From the NCBI RefSeq assembly GCF_006345805.1, contig NC_042999.1, forward strand, positions 84,320,001 to 84,384,000: a DNA stretch of 64,000 bases, in the 5' to 3' direction. Within the stretch, counting starts at the first letter, position 1. Each line of letters opens with the position of its first letter. The notes under the pieces were generated by a model. The model saw only the letters and a program-made list of their open reading frames with translations. It was not told the DNA's origin and did not search any database. The position numbers and the translations under genes were made by a program. The DNA comes from Octopus sinensis (Eukaryota). Of the stretch, positions 1-11,846 are shown one piece after another.

Positions 1-299
1 CATTCAATCCATCCTCATTGAACCTCGATTTATTTGATCTGATAAAATTTAACGTTTCCAAACGCATCATGTTTCAGACTTACTCAATGAATACTTACAC
101 AAACAGAAAATATAACACACATAAAAATATCCGCATGCTTTTATTTTCCAACTCATTCACATTGGTATATAATTATGTACATACGTACATACGTAGATAC
201 TTACACACGCATACATAAATACACACACACATATATATATTTACATGTACACATACATTTTATGTATGTATGTATCTATCTATTTATTATTTCATTATT

Positions 300-705
300 G
301 CCCACAAGGGGCTAAACATAGAGGGGACAAACAAGAATAGACAAAGGGATTAAGTCGATTACATTGACCTCAGTGCGTAACTGGTACTTAATTTATCGAC
401 CCCGAAAGGATGAAAGGCAAAGTCGACCTCGGCGGAATTCGAACTCAGAACGAAACGGGCAGACGAAATACGTGTTTCTTTACTACCCACAAGGGGCTAA
501 ACACAGAGAGGACAAACAAGGACAGACAAACGGATTAAGTCGAATATATCGACCCCAGTGCGTAACTGGTACATATTTAATCGACTCCGAAAGGTTGAAA
601 GGCAAAGTCGACCTCGGCGGAATTTGAACTCAGAACGTAGCAGCAGACGAAATAACGGTAAGCATTTCACCCGGCGTGCTAACGACTCTGCCAGCTCGCC
701 GCCTT
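300..705 (-). mobile_element. tRNA-derived SINE with tandemly duplicated body
   Basis: The minus strand begins AAGGCGGCGAGCTGGCAGAGTCGTTAGCACGCCGGG (A-box-like), followed by GAGTTCAAATTCCGCCGAGGTCGACTTTGCCTTTC (B-box-like). A ~187-bp unit occurs twice (about 300-452 and 487-637). The same family recurs throughout the window. Confidence 0.9.
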
Positions 706-1135
706 ATCTATCTACTTGTGTATGTATGTGGGAATAAGTGATGACGAAATTAATTCCGAGGTAATATCTGAAACTTTCGCATAGTAGAGTGGAGTATAAT
801 ACACTAAATATAATTCCAAGATTAAGTGTACAACCCAGTGTTGTATAAAATAGAAGAGAAAATATTAAGACGATGATAATTTCAGAGTGAGAATATTGGT
901 ACGCGTTTATAAGAAAAGTATAAACCCGTAAAACAAAGTGTAAACAAAATGCAGAGGTCTCAGGAAATGGAAGTGGAAATGTTCGTGACATTTCGAAGTT
1001 CAAGAGTTCGTTGGAATGAAGGAAAGAGAGAAATAGATTCGTGAGTAACAGAACTTAAGAGAAAATGCGTCTTACTTCACCATGTTAGAAATGATAGGAA
1101 ATTAGTGAGAAAATTTTTAGCAGGAAAGAACGATA

Positions 1136-1177
<42 letters not shown>

Positions 1178-1609
1178 ATATATATATATATATGGGGAAA
1201 ATAAGGAGAAAAAGCGAAAATGCGCATTGAATATCCCCAAAAGTAATGGCTTTTTTATGAAAAGTAGCGATAAATTTAGTTACAATTAGATGAACTGAAG
1301 TAGAATTAAGAGGAATTAAATTCATTATTTTGAATTGTTAAAGAGATTCAAAGTCAAACCGGTATCGTCATTGCTGTTCACTGGTTCCCATAAATCTCCT
1401 CACATAACCCCAGAAACAACGAAACCTTCAACATTATCACCTCAAGTCATCCATTCTCACAGGAAATAAAACAATGAACAAATTTTAGGCTCACACAAAA
1501 TTATCAAAAGCAAAATACAACCGAAATCGTTGAAAAATATTAACCAACGCAAGATTTTATCTATTAACAACGGAAGCAAAAGTGAAAGAAATGCGGTCGG
1601 CCTATCATT

Positions 1610-3110
1610 TCTTATGGATTTCAGCCAGAGGCTGAGGCCATGCTGCTGCACCGTCTTTACTGCATCCGGGGATTTTTCCAGTATTGCTTCTGGTGAAGTA
1701 GCGAGTTGAAGGTTGCCGCTCTTCTTTATACCTCCTACCTCGATGAGGTTTTATCTGGAATTGTAGATAAAAAACTGTCTAGAGGTTTTTTGAAAATCTC
1801 TATGTCTACACCTTGCCAATCCCTGATGTTATGTGGTAGGGCATTAAAATTTGTCGTCTCTTTAATCCCAAGCTATTTTAATATTGGTTTCGTAATCTCG
1901 ATGGATAATATTTTGATACTGTGCAGTGCCGTCCAGTTCAGGAATAGGTTGTAGATTTCAATTACGAAATTTGGAGCCAGACTCTCCATTATTTTCCACA
2001 TGTCCATCACTGTATATCTCTCACGTCTACTCTCCAGGGAGTAGAGTCCTAGTTCCCTTAATGTCTCCCAATATCCCATGTGTTTGCACAGTTTATCTTC
2101 GTTGTGGAGTGGCGTTGGATTGCTTCTGGTTCCGCAATTAGTTTTACACCCACAGTTGGGAGCAATAGTCCAGATGCCCGAGGACAGAGGTTCTCCAAAG
2201 CAGAAGTATTATGTCTGTATTCCTGGTCTTGAAGGATCTAAGGATCCAACCATCCACCCACCTGCATAGAGTTGCCATCTGAGCAATGTGCACACGGAAG
2301 GCTGCATCCTGCTCATATGGATTCCCAGGTCACGCACCGACTCTAACTTTGAGATTATATTGCCTGCTGGTCCTGTGTACTTCAGCTGTAGTCTGTTCCT
2401 GGGCTGATAGCAGAGTGCTTGAAATTTTGCACCATTGATCTACATAGTATTATCATTACATTTATATATTGCTTGTTGGTCATTCTGTGGTGTTAGAATA
2501 TCAGTAGGATCCTTGACCGCTTGCGATACTTTTGTACCGTCGATGTGGCTGGTGAGTGTGCCTGACTCTATGACTGAGGTCATATCCGGGAGAGCAACCA
2601 CAAACAGTATGGATCCAACACTGTTCCCTGAGGGACTCCACTGAGAATTAGTGTCACTTCGGAGACAGCACCATTTGTTTGGGTCAGCCTGACTGCTGCC
2701 CCTCAGGAAATCAGGCAACCACTCTCCCGGTCTGCCAGCGATACCGAGGTCACGCAATTTGTGACGTATCATTTCCATGATTGACATTGTCAAGCGCCTT
2801 GGCAAAGTCAAGATATATCACATCCAGATTTGAATGGTTGAGCTGTTGTTTTAGTACCCAGTCGAAGTGCTGTAGTAGCTGTGTTAGACAGCTTCGTCCA
2901 CGTTGAAAACTATGCTGCGTGTCTGTAACCAAGTCATTTTCTCTAGGAACGTGGTCAGTCTTTTTCTGACTATGCGTTCCATGAACTTGCTGACACGTGA
3001 GGTCGGAGAGATAGGTCTGTAGTTTATATCATCTGCTCTGCTTCCAGGGCAGATTATTTTTTCTTTCTTTTAACGTTTGAGGAAATGTACTGCATTCAAG
3101 GGAACACTGG
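1610..3110 (-). mobile_element. CR1/L2-like LINE, 5'-truncated, decayed RT
   Basis: Minus ORFs 2750-2932 (QHSFQRGRSCLTQLL...LDVIYLDFAKALD) and 2440-2811 (HKLRDLGIAG...W..DFL) are RT domains 2-4. The downstream YSLESRRERY motif is at 1873-2079. It is homologous to 41230-42830. Confidence 0.92.
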
Positions 3111-3169
3111 AAAAGCATTTGCAGTGGTTTTGCATGTATATGTAAGTACATATACGTGTGTGTGTATAT

Positions 3170-3186
3170 ATATATATGTATTTATG

Positions 3187-3265
<79 letters not shown>
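3170..3265. repeat. (TA)n microsatellite; one of dozens of TA, CA/GT, GATA, TAA, GAT and GAAA tracts in the window
   Basis: Direct reading of the sequence. These tracts explain most YI-, HT-, I- and L-rich ORFs in the ORF track. Confidence 0.98.
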
Positions 3266-3268
<3 letters not shown>

Positions 3269-4026
3269 AATACATATATATAGAGAGAAGAGAGAGAGAA
3301 AGGAAGAAAACGAAAGAAAAAAGAAAGAAAGAGTGTATATCTATTAATGTGTAAGGATGGACTGAGTCTGAATTATGTGTAAATAAAGTTATTAACCACG
3401 TGTAAAGCTTAAAGTCAAGTTAAAATGAAATATGATGAAACATTTTAACGCAGGAAACAACATGAAACATTCTTTTAACAGGAAACCACCATTTTCAAGG
3501 AAAATTTGCAAACTTTCATAATTGCTTCAACCAGAATTTTTTCGCACATTTCACGTGTTATAGAACCTTCTTGTCTTTAATGAAACCCTTTATATTTTGA
3601 AGTATTTTGTTTTCTTTTTATTGTCTGAAACCTTATTCTTAATAGAGCCACATAAAAAAATTATAATAATCGAAAGCTATGAGGTCAGAATGTCTTGCTG
3701 CCTAAATCTGCAGTTTATCTCTCGCAGGCTACCAAGACGTACTGCTTAGGAATAATTCAATGTAACAGAAAAAATAAAACCGGACGCTGAATTATCTGCT
3801 TCAAACAAGTTAGGTCTTTTTTTAAAGTCTTACCTTTGCTGCAAATCGCTCATTTAATTGTCTTGATAATATTTTCTCGAGATCAGTACACTAATATGTC
3901 AAATCTATATTCACTTTTGTGCAAATCTATCAGGGAAGCAGTATTCTATTCGTTTGAAAACATACCGTAGGTAAAGAAGGATATTTGAAATAGGCTTTTA
4001 TGTTTTGGAATAAGTATTAACTATTC

Positions 4027-4349
4027 TGGAGATGCACTTGCATAGCAAGTGACCTGATCTGAGATCGTGTGCTGAAACGAAAACATTGCAGCGTGGAAGG
4101 TCTTTATAAGCCATTTAAGAAACACACAAAAACCGTTAAATTCACTTCAACATTTAAATTTAATTTGTCAAAATATTTTCGTCGCTTTGAGACCGCGACC
4201 TGTTCACTGAGATGCAGCACGGAATTTTATCAGTGAACAAGTCACGGTCTAAAAGCGATGAAATATTTTGGCATATTAAATTCAAATGTTGAAGTGAATC
4301 CAACGGGTTTTATGTGTTTCTTAAATGGCTTATAAACACCTTCCACGCT
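4027..4349. repeat. Fold-back repeat, ~120-bp inverted arms (4090-4210 / 4230-4349)
   Basis: AGCGTGGAAGG...GACCTGTTCACTGA pairs with TCAGTGAACAAGTC...CCTTCCACGCT around a 19-nt loop. Segment 4027-4095 is the reverse-complement homolog of about 63560-63632. Confidence 0.9.
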
Positions 4350-5230
4350 AAAATTGTATTAACTATTCTTTCGGCTAGAATTTAATTAAGATGCCGCATT
4401 ATTCCACTAAAATATTTTAGGTTGCCTGTCATGTGCTTCAAATTTTTAGCAAAATTTGCTTAATTTGTGAAAGAAAATAGCGAAGGATTATTATGCTTTA
4501 GAATACTCTAACATTTGTTTCAGATTATTGTACATGGATATTTTTCAGATTCACATTATTTTTTGCATAACAACAACATATAAATCGTACAAACTCTACT
4601 AATATATTTTAGTTTGACCGTATTCATGACGTTTGTGGTCTAACAAAGCTCTCTGTGCTGCTTCTATCAATGCTATTTTCCGCTACATTTGATGATAATA
4701 TTCAAAACATATTTAAAAAATATCATACTATATAGTCCGTGCAGAAACACACATACACACACACACACAAACACATACACACGAATGTATATAGATAGAT
4801 AGATACAGGCATACATACATAGACATACACGCACGCACACATACACATATATATGTAAATGTATATATATATATGAGTGTGTGTGCGGTGTGTGTCTATG
4901 TGTATGCATGTATATGGTTGGGAGATTTATGTAAGTGGTTGAGAACTTACTTATATCTGCACATTAATGAATAGCTTTTTTTCTATAAAAGAATATCATT
5001 ATTCAAAAAAAAGATAGTAAAAGTTTTTCAAGTTCAATCGTATGAAATTAGATTTCAAAAAGTCACAAAGACCCAGATACATGTTTCAGTTAAACATCCT
5101 CTAATGTAAACTCTGAATAATCAGAAGAGATTAAATAGAAGTCTGTTTCTTTTTTTTTTCTTTTTCTTTCTTGCAATTTTCTCCAGAGATTAAATTCACT
5201 TCATTTTACAAAGTTGAAAATAAATGCAAA

Positions 5231-5281
<51 letters not shown>

Positions 5282-5798
5282 TATATATATAAATGTATGT
5301 ATATGTATATATTTATATACATGCATATACAGATTTGCACATATATGTGTGTGCGTATGTGTGTGTACTTATATATATATGGATGGAGTCAGAATATATA
5401 ACGAATATATAACTTGCTTTTTTTATCTCCGAAAAGTAACTGGATTGACGTTAAAAGAAACTTACTTTGAGTAAGCGAGTACATAAAATGTTTTGTTTAT
5501 TCAGCGGAATTTCTGAAACACATCAGCAAATAGACTGGATCGATAAGAAGGTTATCACAACGAATTAAATAAAGACATATATAGATATGCCTTGTAAGCA
5601 TTTAATTTGACTTTGTAAACATTGTGCATCTTAAGACCATGAACGAGGCAGATAGCGAAATGTAGAGACATTCACATAATAAAGAAATGAATCTTTTTTT
5701 TAAGTTCACACACACACACATATACATATATATGTGTGAGTGCGTGTGTATGTATGTATGTATGTATGTATGTATGTATGTATGTATGTATGTATGTA

Positions 5799-6097
5799 TT
5801 GGGTTGGCAACTAAGTTCCCACCGTTTTTTATTTAATTTTAGAATTTATTGCGTTTTTAAATTTTGGAATCTATTTTTTTCGAGAATTCTATATTTGAAT
5901 CATTTTGGATTCTTTTTTTTTTTTTCAAGTTAATCTTAGTTAATTTTTGTTTATTTTCAAATCATTTAAATGGAATGTAAAGTTAAGGAAAACGAGCATT
6001 TTCGACACTTTTAATCAAGGTTCTAAGGCCACAAAAGCTGCTCGCGGCATTTGTGCTGTGTATGGAAAGGGTACCATAGCTTAAAGAACTGCTCGAT
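5799..6097 (+). mobile_element. mariner transposon 5' fragment (TIR plus N-terminal transposase)
   Basis: TA followed by TTGGGTTGGCAACTAAGTT is a mariner-type TIR. ATG at 5970 reads MECKVKENEHFRH..FNQGSKATKAARGICAVYGKGTIA*RTAR, matching the mariner HTH region. Confidence 0.85.
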
Positions 6098-6750
6098 ATG
6101 TAGAGTTGTAATGACGTGTAAGGATTCTCAGAATGAGCGTGTTAGATATGCAGTTATATAACCACACTGGGCGAAATTGGGTGGCCAGCACCACAAATGC
6201 ACAGACTGAAAGCAAGCTGAAACTATGTGACATCATTGGAATCACATGCACATGATGGCAGGGTCTCGGTACTTCCTATTTCCAACAACAAAGCAAATAT
6301 CAAAGAGAGATGGTCTATGGTCCGGCAGTATTAAGCCTCCAGGAGGGACACTACATGGTACCCCCCAAAATGGTCATTTTGAGAAACCTGTGGAAACCCC
6401 TGCTAGGGGTGGTATATTACAGAGTTCTAACGTCAAAAACAGTTGCAGAGAATTTGAGGAGAAAAGAGTACTGTGGGACATATTGTCAGGTTACAAAATA
6501 TCTGGACGCCAGGAAGAGATGAGCAGAGATTTGGCCACCTATGCTGGTCTATCCCCAAAAGGATGTTACTATGCAGGGCGGAAATGCCAGAGGATTCATT
6601 TGATACCGTCTGAAATCAGTTGCTCATGTTCAAAGCTACATTCACCAAGGTGAATGGAAAGGAAGCATTTTCTTTTAGATGTTGTCAATATTACGTTGTC
6701 AATATATATATATTGGAAGGTTTGGAGATGATGTACAGGTATTATATATT

Positions 6751-7018
6751 AGAAAAAAATGAGGTAATCAGATCGGATGGTTCATGTTCATAGATATTTA
6801 TTTATATATTACATTTTTTACATATATATATATCATATCATTCAGATCACATCATTCGGATTATTAGCGCTTTCTCCCATTCCAGTGGGGTTTTCAAATC
6901 AAATTAATCCCTTTGTGGGGAATTTGAACATTTTATAGAGTTTCGTAGTAGTGGGGAGGAATAAGACAGTATAAGAGGGTGAGGTGGGTGAGGAGGAAGT
7001 GAGAGAGAGAAAAAATGT

Positions 7019-7071
<53 letters not shown>

Positions 7072-7691
7072 TGTGTGTGTGTGTGCGTTTGTATCTGAGA
7101 GGGAAGAAGAAGTATTTCCTTTGGCCTGCTGGACCCCCTAGGGTTTTCCAAGAATTTTAGCTCTCTGTCCATTCTGGTGTCACTGAGTGTGTGTTGGTGG
7201 GTAGGCTGGCCGGACAAATGTCATTTGGGGTCATACTTTCTATGATCGTTTTGTGGAGGTGTGTGTGTGTGTGTGTCTCTGTGTGTCCGTGTGTGTTTGT
7301 GTGCGTGTGTGTGTGTGTCTCTGTGTGTCCGTGTGTGTTTGTGTGCGTGTGTGTGTGTCTCTGTGTGTTTGGAGAAGGGGAGAGAGACAAAAAGAGAAAA
7401 GGGAAAATAAAAATAAAAATAAATATAAAAATAAAAAATATAAAATAAAAAATAAAAAATAATAAAAAAATAAATAAACTGTCTTATTCCTCCCCACTAC
7501 TACGAAACTCTATAAAATGTTCAAATTCCCCACAAAGGGATTAATTTGATTTGAAAACCCCACTGGAATGGGAGAAAGCGCTAATAATCCGAATGATATG
7601 ATCTGAATGATATGATATATATATGTAAAAATGTAATATATAAATAAATATCTATAAACATGAACGATCCGATCTGATTACCTCATTTTTT

Positions 7692-7693
<2 letters not shown>
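6751..7693. repeat. Inverted repeat, ~220-bp arms (6751-6970 / 7478-7693) around a GT-rich spacer
   Basis: AGAAAAAAATGAGGTAATCAGATCGGA...GGGGAGGAATAAGACAGT is matched by ACTGTCTTATTCCTCCCC...TCCGATCTGATTACCTCATTTTTTCT with few mismatches. Confidence 0.93.
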
Positions 7694-7735
<42 letters not shown>

Positions 7736-9055
7736 ATAAGATAGTGGTGCTAGAATTCTGAAGGAATACTTTAGAAAGTTTAAGTTACTTAAATGATCCT
7801 TCTACCATCCCTATAAAGATGTTACTCATAGTAGCTCCTTGAATTTGGTTAACTTTATTTCGTATATCCCTACCTCGTTATTCCAACTCAGGTTACTTGT
7901 GTATGCAGCATTATCTCCATGTCTCCATTGTTTGTTTTTGATTTTTTTCAACTGATTAATCCACTTATGCTCATTTTTTATGGCTCCATCAAAGACGACT
8001 GAAAAATGGTTAAGTATAGTTGATAAAGAAAAATATTCAGTAGGCTGTTAAATGCAATGTATGGATAGCAGTAACCTGCTTACATATTGCATCGAACATT
8101 TGTAAGTTATATAATAAATATTGTTAATAAATATATTTTCAGGTTACTATTCATTGTATGTTTATGCCTATTCTGTTGAAGCTTTTCTCACTTTTTATAA
8201 CTTGTTATCGTAGCCAACTTGCAAGTCAACGTTAAATTCTGCAAGTAAAGAACTCCTTTGCAGGTAAAATATTAAGAAAATTAAGATTAGTACTTCTCTG
8301 ATAAAGCCAATGATACATATGAGGTAAATTCCACTAGATACAACCATTTATGTAACAGTAACATACAGTATGAAAGGTTTATCACTTCGATCAAACCATA
8401 AGAAGACACTATATGCATACGTACTACTATCGTCATAGAGGTTAAAAGCATAGCTAAGGAAATAAATTTGATAATTGAATAGAATATATACTTGAGTAGG
8501 TGGCTTATCTTACTGTTATGAACAACGTAGGTTTTCGCATTACTCACATGTAAGTTAGCAAATCTAGCTACTGCAAAAGTAGGACTTCACAAATATAACT
8601 AATGGCAAAAGAAAATTAATAATAAAATTAAGAGAGAACTTCGCATAAGACCGAGAAAAAATATCAGTGCATTTATGTAATCGTTTAAAGGCACTAGCTA
8701 GAAACAAATTTTAGTTTCATAGAATTTAATATTGTCGACTTCTACTGTCCATTAAATCTTCACGAGTGAATAATGCACTAAAACTGAAATAAAAACAATA
8801 GCACAAAGACGACATACTTAGAGGTCATTATAGATGCTAGGATGAATCAGTTTCTCAATACAAAACATAGTCCGTGTGAGTAAAAATTCTTAACCAATAC
8901 GTAGTCTGATGCTTCTATAAGGTTGAATGACCTCGTTAGCTCATGCATACTGGATAGTATACAAGAACGACACACATGCAGATATATGCATCTGTCGATG
9001 TATATATCTGAAGACAGATACTTCGAGAAAAATGGTAGGTATGTCGGTAGGTAAG

Positions 9056-9136
<81 letters not shown>

Positions 9137-10244
9137 TGTCTGATTGATTTATTGATTGATGGATGGATGCATCGATGGATCGATTGATTGATTTCCCTTC
9201 GTTACTGCCTATGTGGAGTCTTACATCTGAAGAACCAAATGTTTCAGAAAAATATAAAATTTCATCATACAATTTTCAAAATAACCGTGGAATTTCCACG
9301 GGTGCTGCTAGTTAAATATAATTATTGAACGAATCTGAGAATAAACGCACAAATGCGATCTAGGGCACACCTTCCACATTATCTCTAAATGTAAAAGCCA
9401 AATATTTTGAAGGCTTTCCTAACACTAACAGACAAGCACTTATTCATTAGCACCGCTGTAGAAGGAACTCCAGCACAAGCTGTCTGAGAGTACCTAATGG
9501 ATGCATTCTAATATCACAGGAAAAGAGCAAACAGATTAGTAATATCTAAAACACGAAATATGCACTTGAGAGAATTTCTCACTAACTAATGAGGCGAAGT
9601 AATATATGAAGCCAATATTAACTCCACAAGCAGAAAGCTGGCACGATATTTGAAAGCAGATTAAACAAATGTTTATCTGTATAATTGGTCACTTATAGAT
9701 AGGCAATTATTTCCGGACCTTTCTGTGGGTTTCGTAACAGGTATGATTTTAAACAATATAATTACAGTACAGCATATCCAAATATGTCAGGTATTTGTTG
9801 GCCAAGAGAAATTATCGTATCGGAATAAGTATGAGGTATCTTACATTATTTTTTTCTTTCTAATTTTTGGCATGTTTAAAGAAAGAAGTGTGTCACTTCC
9901 AGTGATCCGATTTCTCAACTGGAACTTATATTATCGTAATCGGAAGGAAGAAAAGCAAAGTGGGCCTCGGAAGGAATGCGCTAAGACCTTGTCCGCTGTA
10001 CTAACGATTCTGCTAACTCACCGCATTTTCTACCTTACATCAATTGCATTCTAATGTATATGATACGAATTATTCATTTGCCTATAGGCGAATATATGCA
10101 ATCAAGATTATGTTGAATTTTCTTCATTGACTTGCAAGAATATGGGGTAAAATCATGCTACTTATTAGGCAAAATATTATGTTGTAAAAATATCAACACC
10201 GTGAAGAATTCTAACTATTATATATTTCTGTTTGTGAGTGTGCT

Positions 10245-10287
<43 letters not shown>

Positions 10288-10606
10288 CCTAAATGTAACT
10301 TCTGTTGACGATTTTTTCTTCCTTCTTCCCTTTCGTTTAGACTTTCCTCTCTCCTGTTTCCGAAGAGCTTTGCTCGAAATGCTAAGCAACCACTCTTTCT
10401 TTCCTTCTCTGAGCATCTTACTAGTACTTTGCATGTAACACGTCCTCCCGTTGGCTTTTCTTATATTTTTTCTCCGTTTCTTTATTAATTATATATATAT
10501 ACATATATAGTAGTAACAGAAAAGGGTAATTTCGGTTGTCCCCACGTGGTGGATTGTAATGTATATAAGAAAATAAAAACTTACATGGTTATTGTATAAT
10601 TTTTGA

Positions 10607-10643
10607 TGTATCGACCGGTTTCGCAATCGTTATTCATGATACA
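10607..10643 (-). ncRNA. Degenerate minimal hammerhead-like motif at the PLE 3' end
   Basis: Minus strand TGTATC-ATGAATA-ACGATTGC-GAAAC-CG-GTC-GATACA. Stem I is a perfect 6 bp and GAAACCGGTC is PLE-type. The 5' core has 2 mismatches to CTGANGA and stem II is weak. Confidence 0.55.
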
Positions 10644-10918
10644 ATGTTTAATTTATATGAAAATATATTTTTCTTAAGAAGAAAATGGGTCCATGTTGTT
10701 TCTAATGAAATTCACGAGTGAATGATTTTACAAGTTGACAAGTAAAGAGAGCTAATTGGTTGTTATTATTGTTATTGTTGTGTGTAAGGAAGATAACTGT
10801 TTAGGTTTTGGGTGGCGAATAAATATGTATACAGAAAGGAGACAGGTTTAAAAAAGGGGGTCTTGTTTGGTAGTGGATTTATGTACAGTGACGTAATATG
10901 TAAAAATATAAAAATTGG

Positions 10919-11473
10919 TTATGCGTGCTTATTAAGACGCGTTTTGTATTTTTCAATAAAAAAAGTTTCTTTATTTAAGCGTTCTAGTTGCGAGATTGTG
11001 TCTTTGCACTGGTAGAAAGGGAAGACTGTAAAATTTGGTTTGATGTTACCTGCACATTTTTCTATGTGTTCACTAAGAGGAATTTGTCTGTATTGCGGGA
11101 AACGGATTTGCTCCTTATGCAGAGTGATTCTCGTCCCCAAAGGTAAACTCGTTTGTCCAATGTACTGATGACTGAAACCCGAGCAGGTTATTACATAAAT
11201 TAGGTTCTCAGAGGCACAGGTGAAACTAGTTTTAATTGTGAACCTCTGTCCTTGTTTGAAAAGGAAATCCGAGCCTTCAAGCAGGTGGGGGCAGGTTCCA
11301 CAGTTCGGGCGTCCACATTTTTGAACCGTAGGTTTCGTGGTTGTTTTGTAAAGCTTCGCATTTGTTAGTAGTCTCTTTAACGATTTGTCTTGTTTTTTGC
11401 ATTTGATGAGTTTGTGTGTTTTCAGGATGTCGTTCATTTTTGGATCTCTAGTTAGTAAAGGGAGAGTTTGCAC
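10919..11473 (-). CDS. GIY-YIG endonuclease domain of a Penelope-like element (partial ORF)
   Basis: Cys-rich linker CGRPNCGTC followed by FTCASENLIYVITCSGFSHQYIGQTSLPLGTRITLHKEQI and a C-terminal E (RLNKETFFIEKY). This is the canonical PLE GIY-YIG layout. Confidence 0.88.
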   Translation of the reverse strand: MQTLPLLTRDPKMNDILKTHKLIKCKKQDKSLKRLLTNAKLYKTTTKPTVQKCGRPNCGTCPHLLEGSDFLFKQGQRFTIKTSFTCASENLIYVITCSGFSHQYIGQTSLPLGTRITLHKEQIRFPQYRQIPLSEHIEKCAGNIKPNFTVFPFYQCKDTISQLERLNKETFFIEKYKTRLNKHA

Positions 11474-11702
11474 AATAGTGTTGAATGCCTCATTGTTTCT
11501 GGGGTTGTGTGTTGATATAAAAAGTAATGTTTTGGTTTGAGGTGTGGTGCTATGTTTTTTGTTCTTAGTATTTTTGTGTCTAATTGTTTGGCACGTTTAA
11601 TTCCCTCGTCGATAAGAGAGGGTGGATATTGTCTTTCAATAAGCGTTGTTTTGAGGTCTTGTCTGATAGAACAACTCGGGACCTTGCACTATTGCATAAC
11701 TA

Positions 11703-11846
11703 ATGCATAACTGGTAGTTATTTTATCGACCCCCAAAGGATGAAAGGCAAAGTCGGCCTAATCTGGATTTGAATTCAGAACATAAAAACGGAAGTAATGC
11801 CGCTAAGTATTTTGCCGGGCGTGCTAACGATCCTGCCAGCACGCCG
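11703..11846 (-). mobile_element. tRNA-derived SINE at the 5' truncation point of the PLE
   Basis: Plus strand reads TTATCGACCCCCAAAGGATGAAAGGCAAAGTCGGCC...GTGCTAACGATCCTGCCAGC, the same family as 300-705. Confidence 0.85.

Larger units (their letters stand above)
10500..11690 (-). mobile_element. Penelope-like retroelement 3' part (RT thumb, GIY-YIG endonuclease, pseudo-LTR)
   Basis: Upstream frame reads RQYPPSLIDEGIKRAK and STHNPRN. The ORF at 10919-11473 carries CGRPNCGTC and NLIYVITC...YIGQT...RITLH. Confidence 0.9.

Noticed and set aside
3085-3354. Numerous track ORFs rich in YI, HT, CV, poly-I, poly-L or poly-D/E
   Set aside because: They are translations of TA, CA, TAA, CTG and GAT microsatellites with no domain content.
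6098-6700. GC-richer segment with a 135-aa ORF (6246-6653) after the mariner fragment
   Set aside because: It is probably a decayed retroelement, but no RT, integrase or gag motif could be identified in any frame.
7157-7390. Short direct repeats resembling a CRISPR or minisatellite array
   Set aside because: Only two imperfect units embedded in GT microsatellite, in eukaryotic DNA, with no spacers or cas genes.
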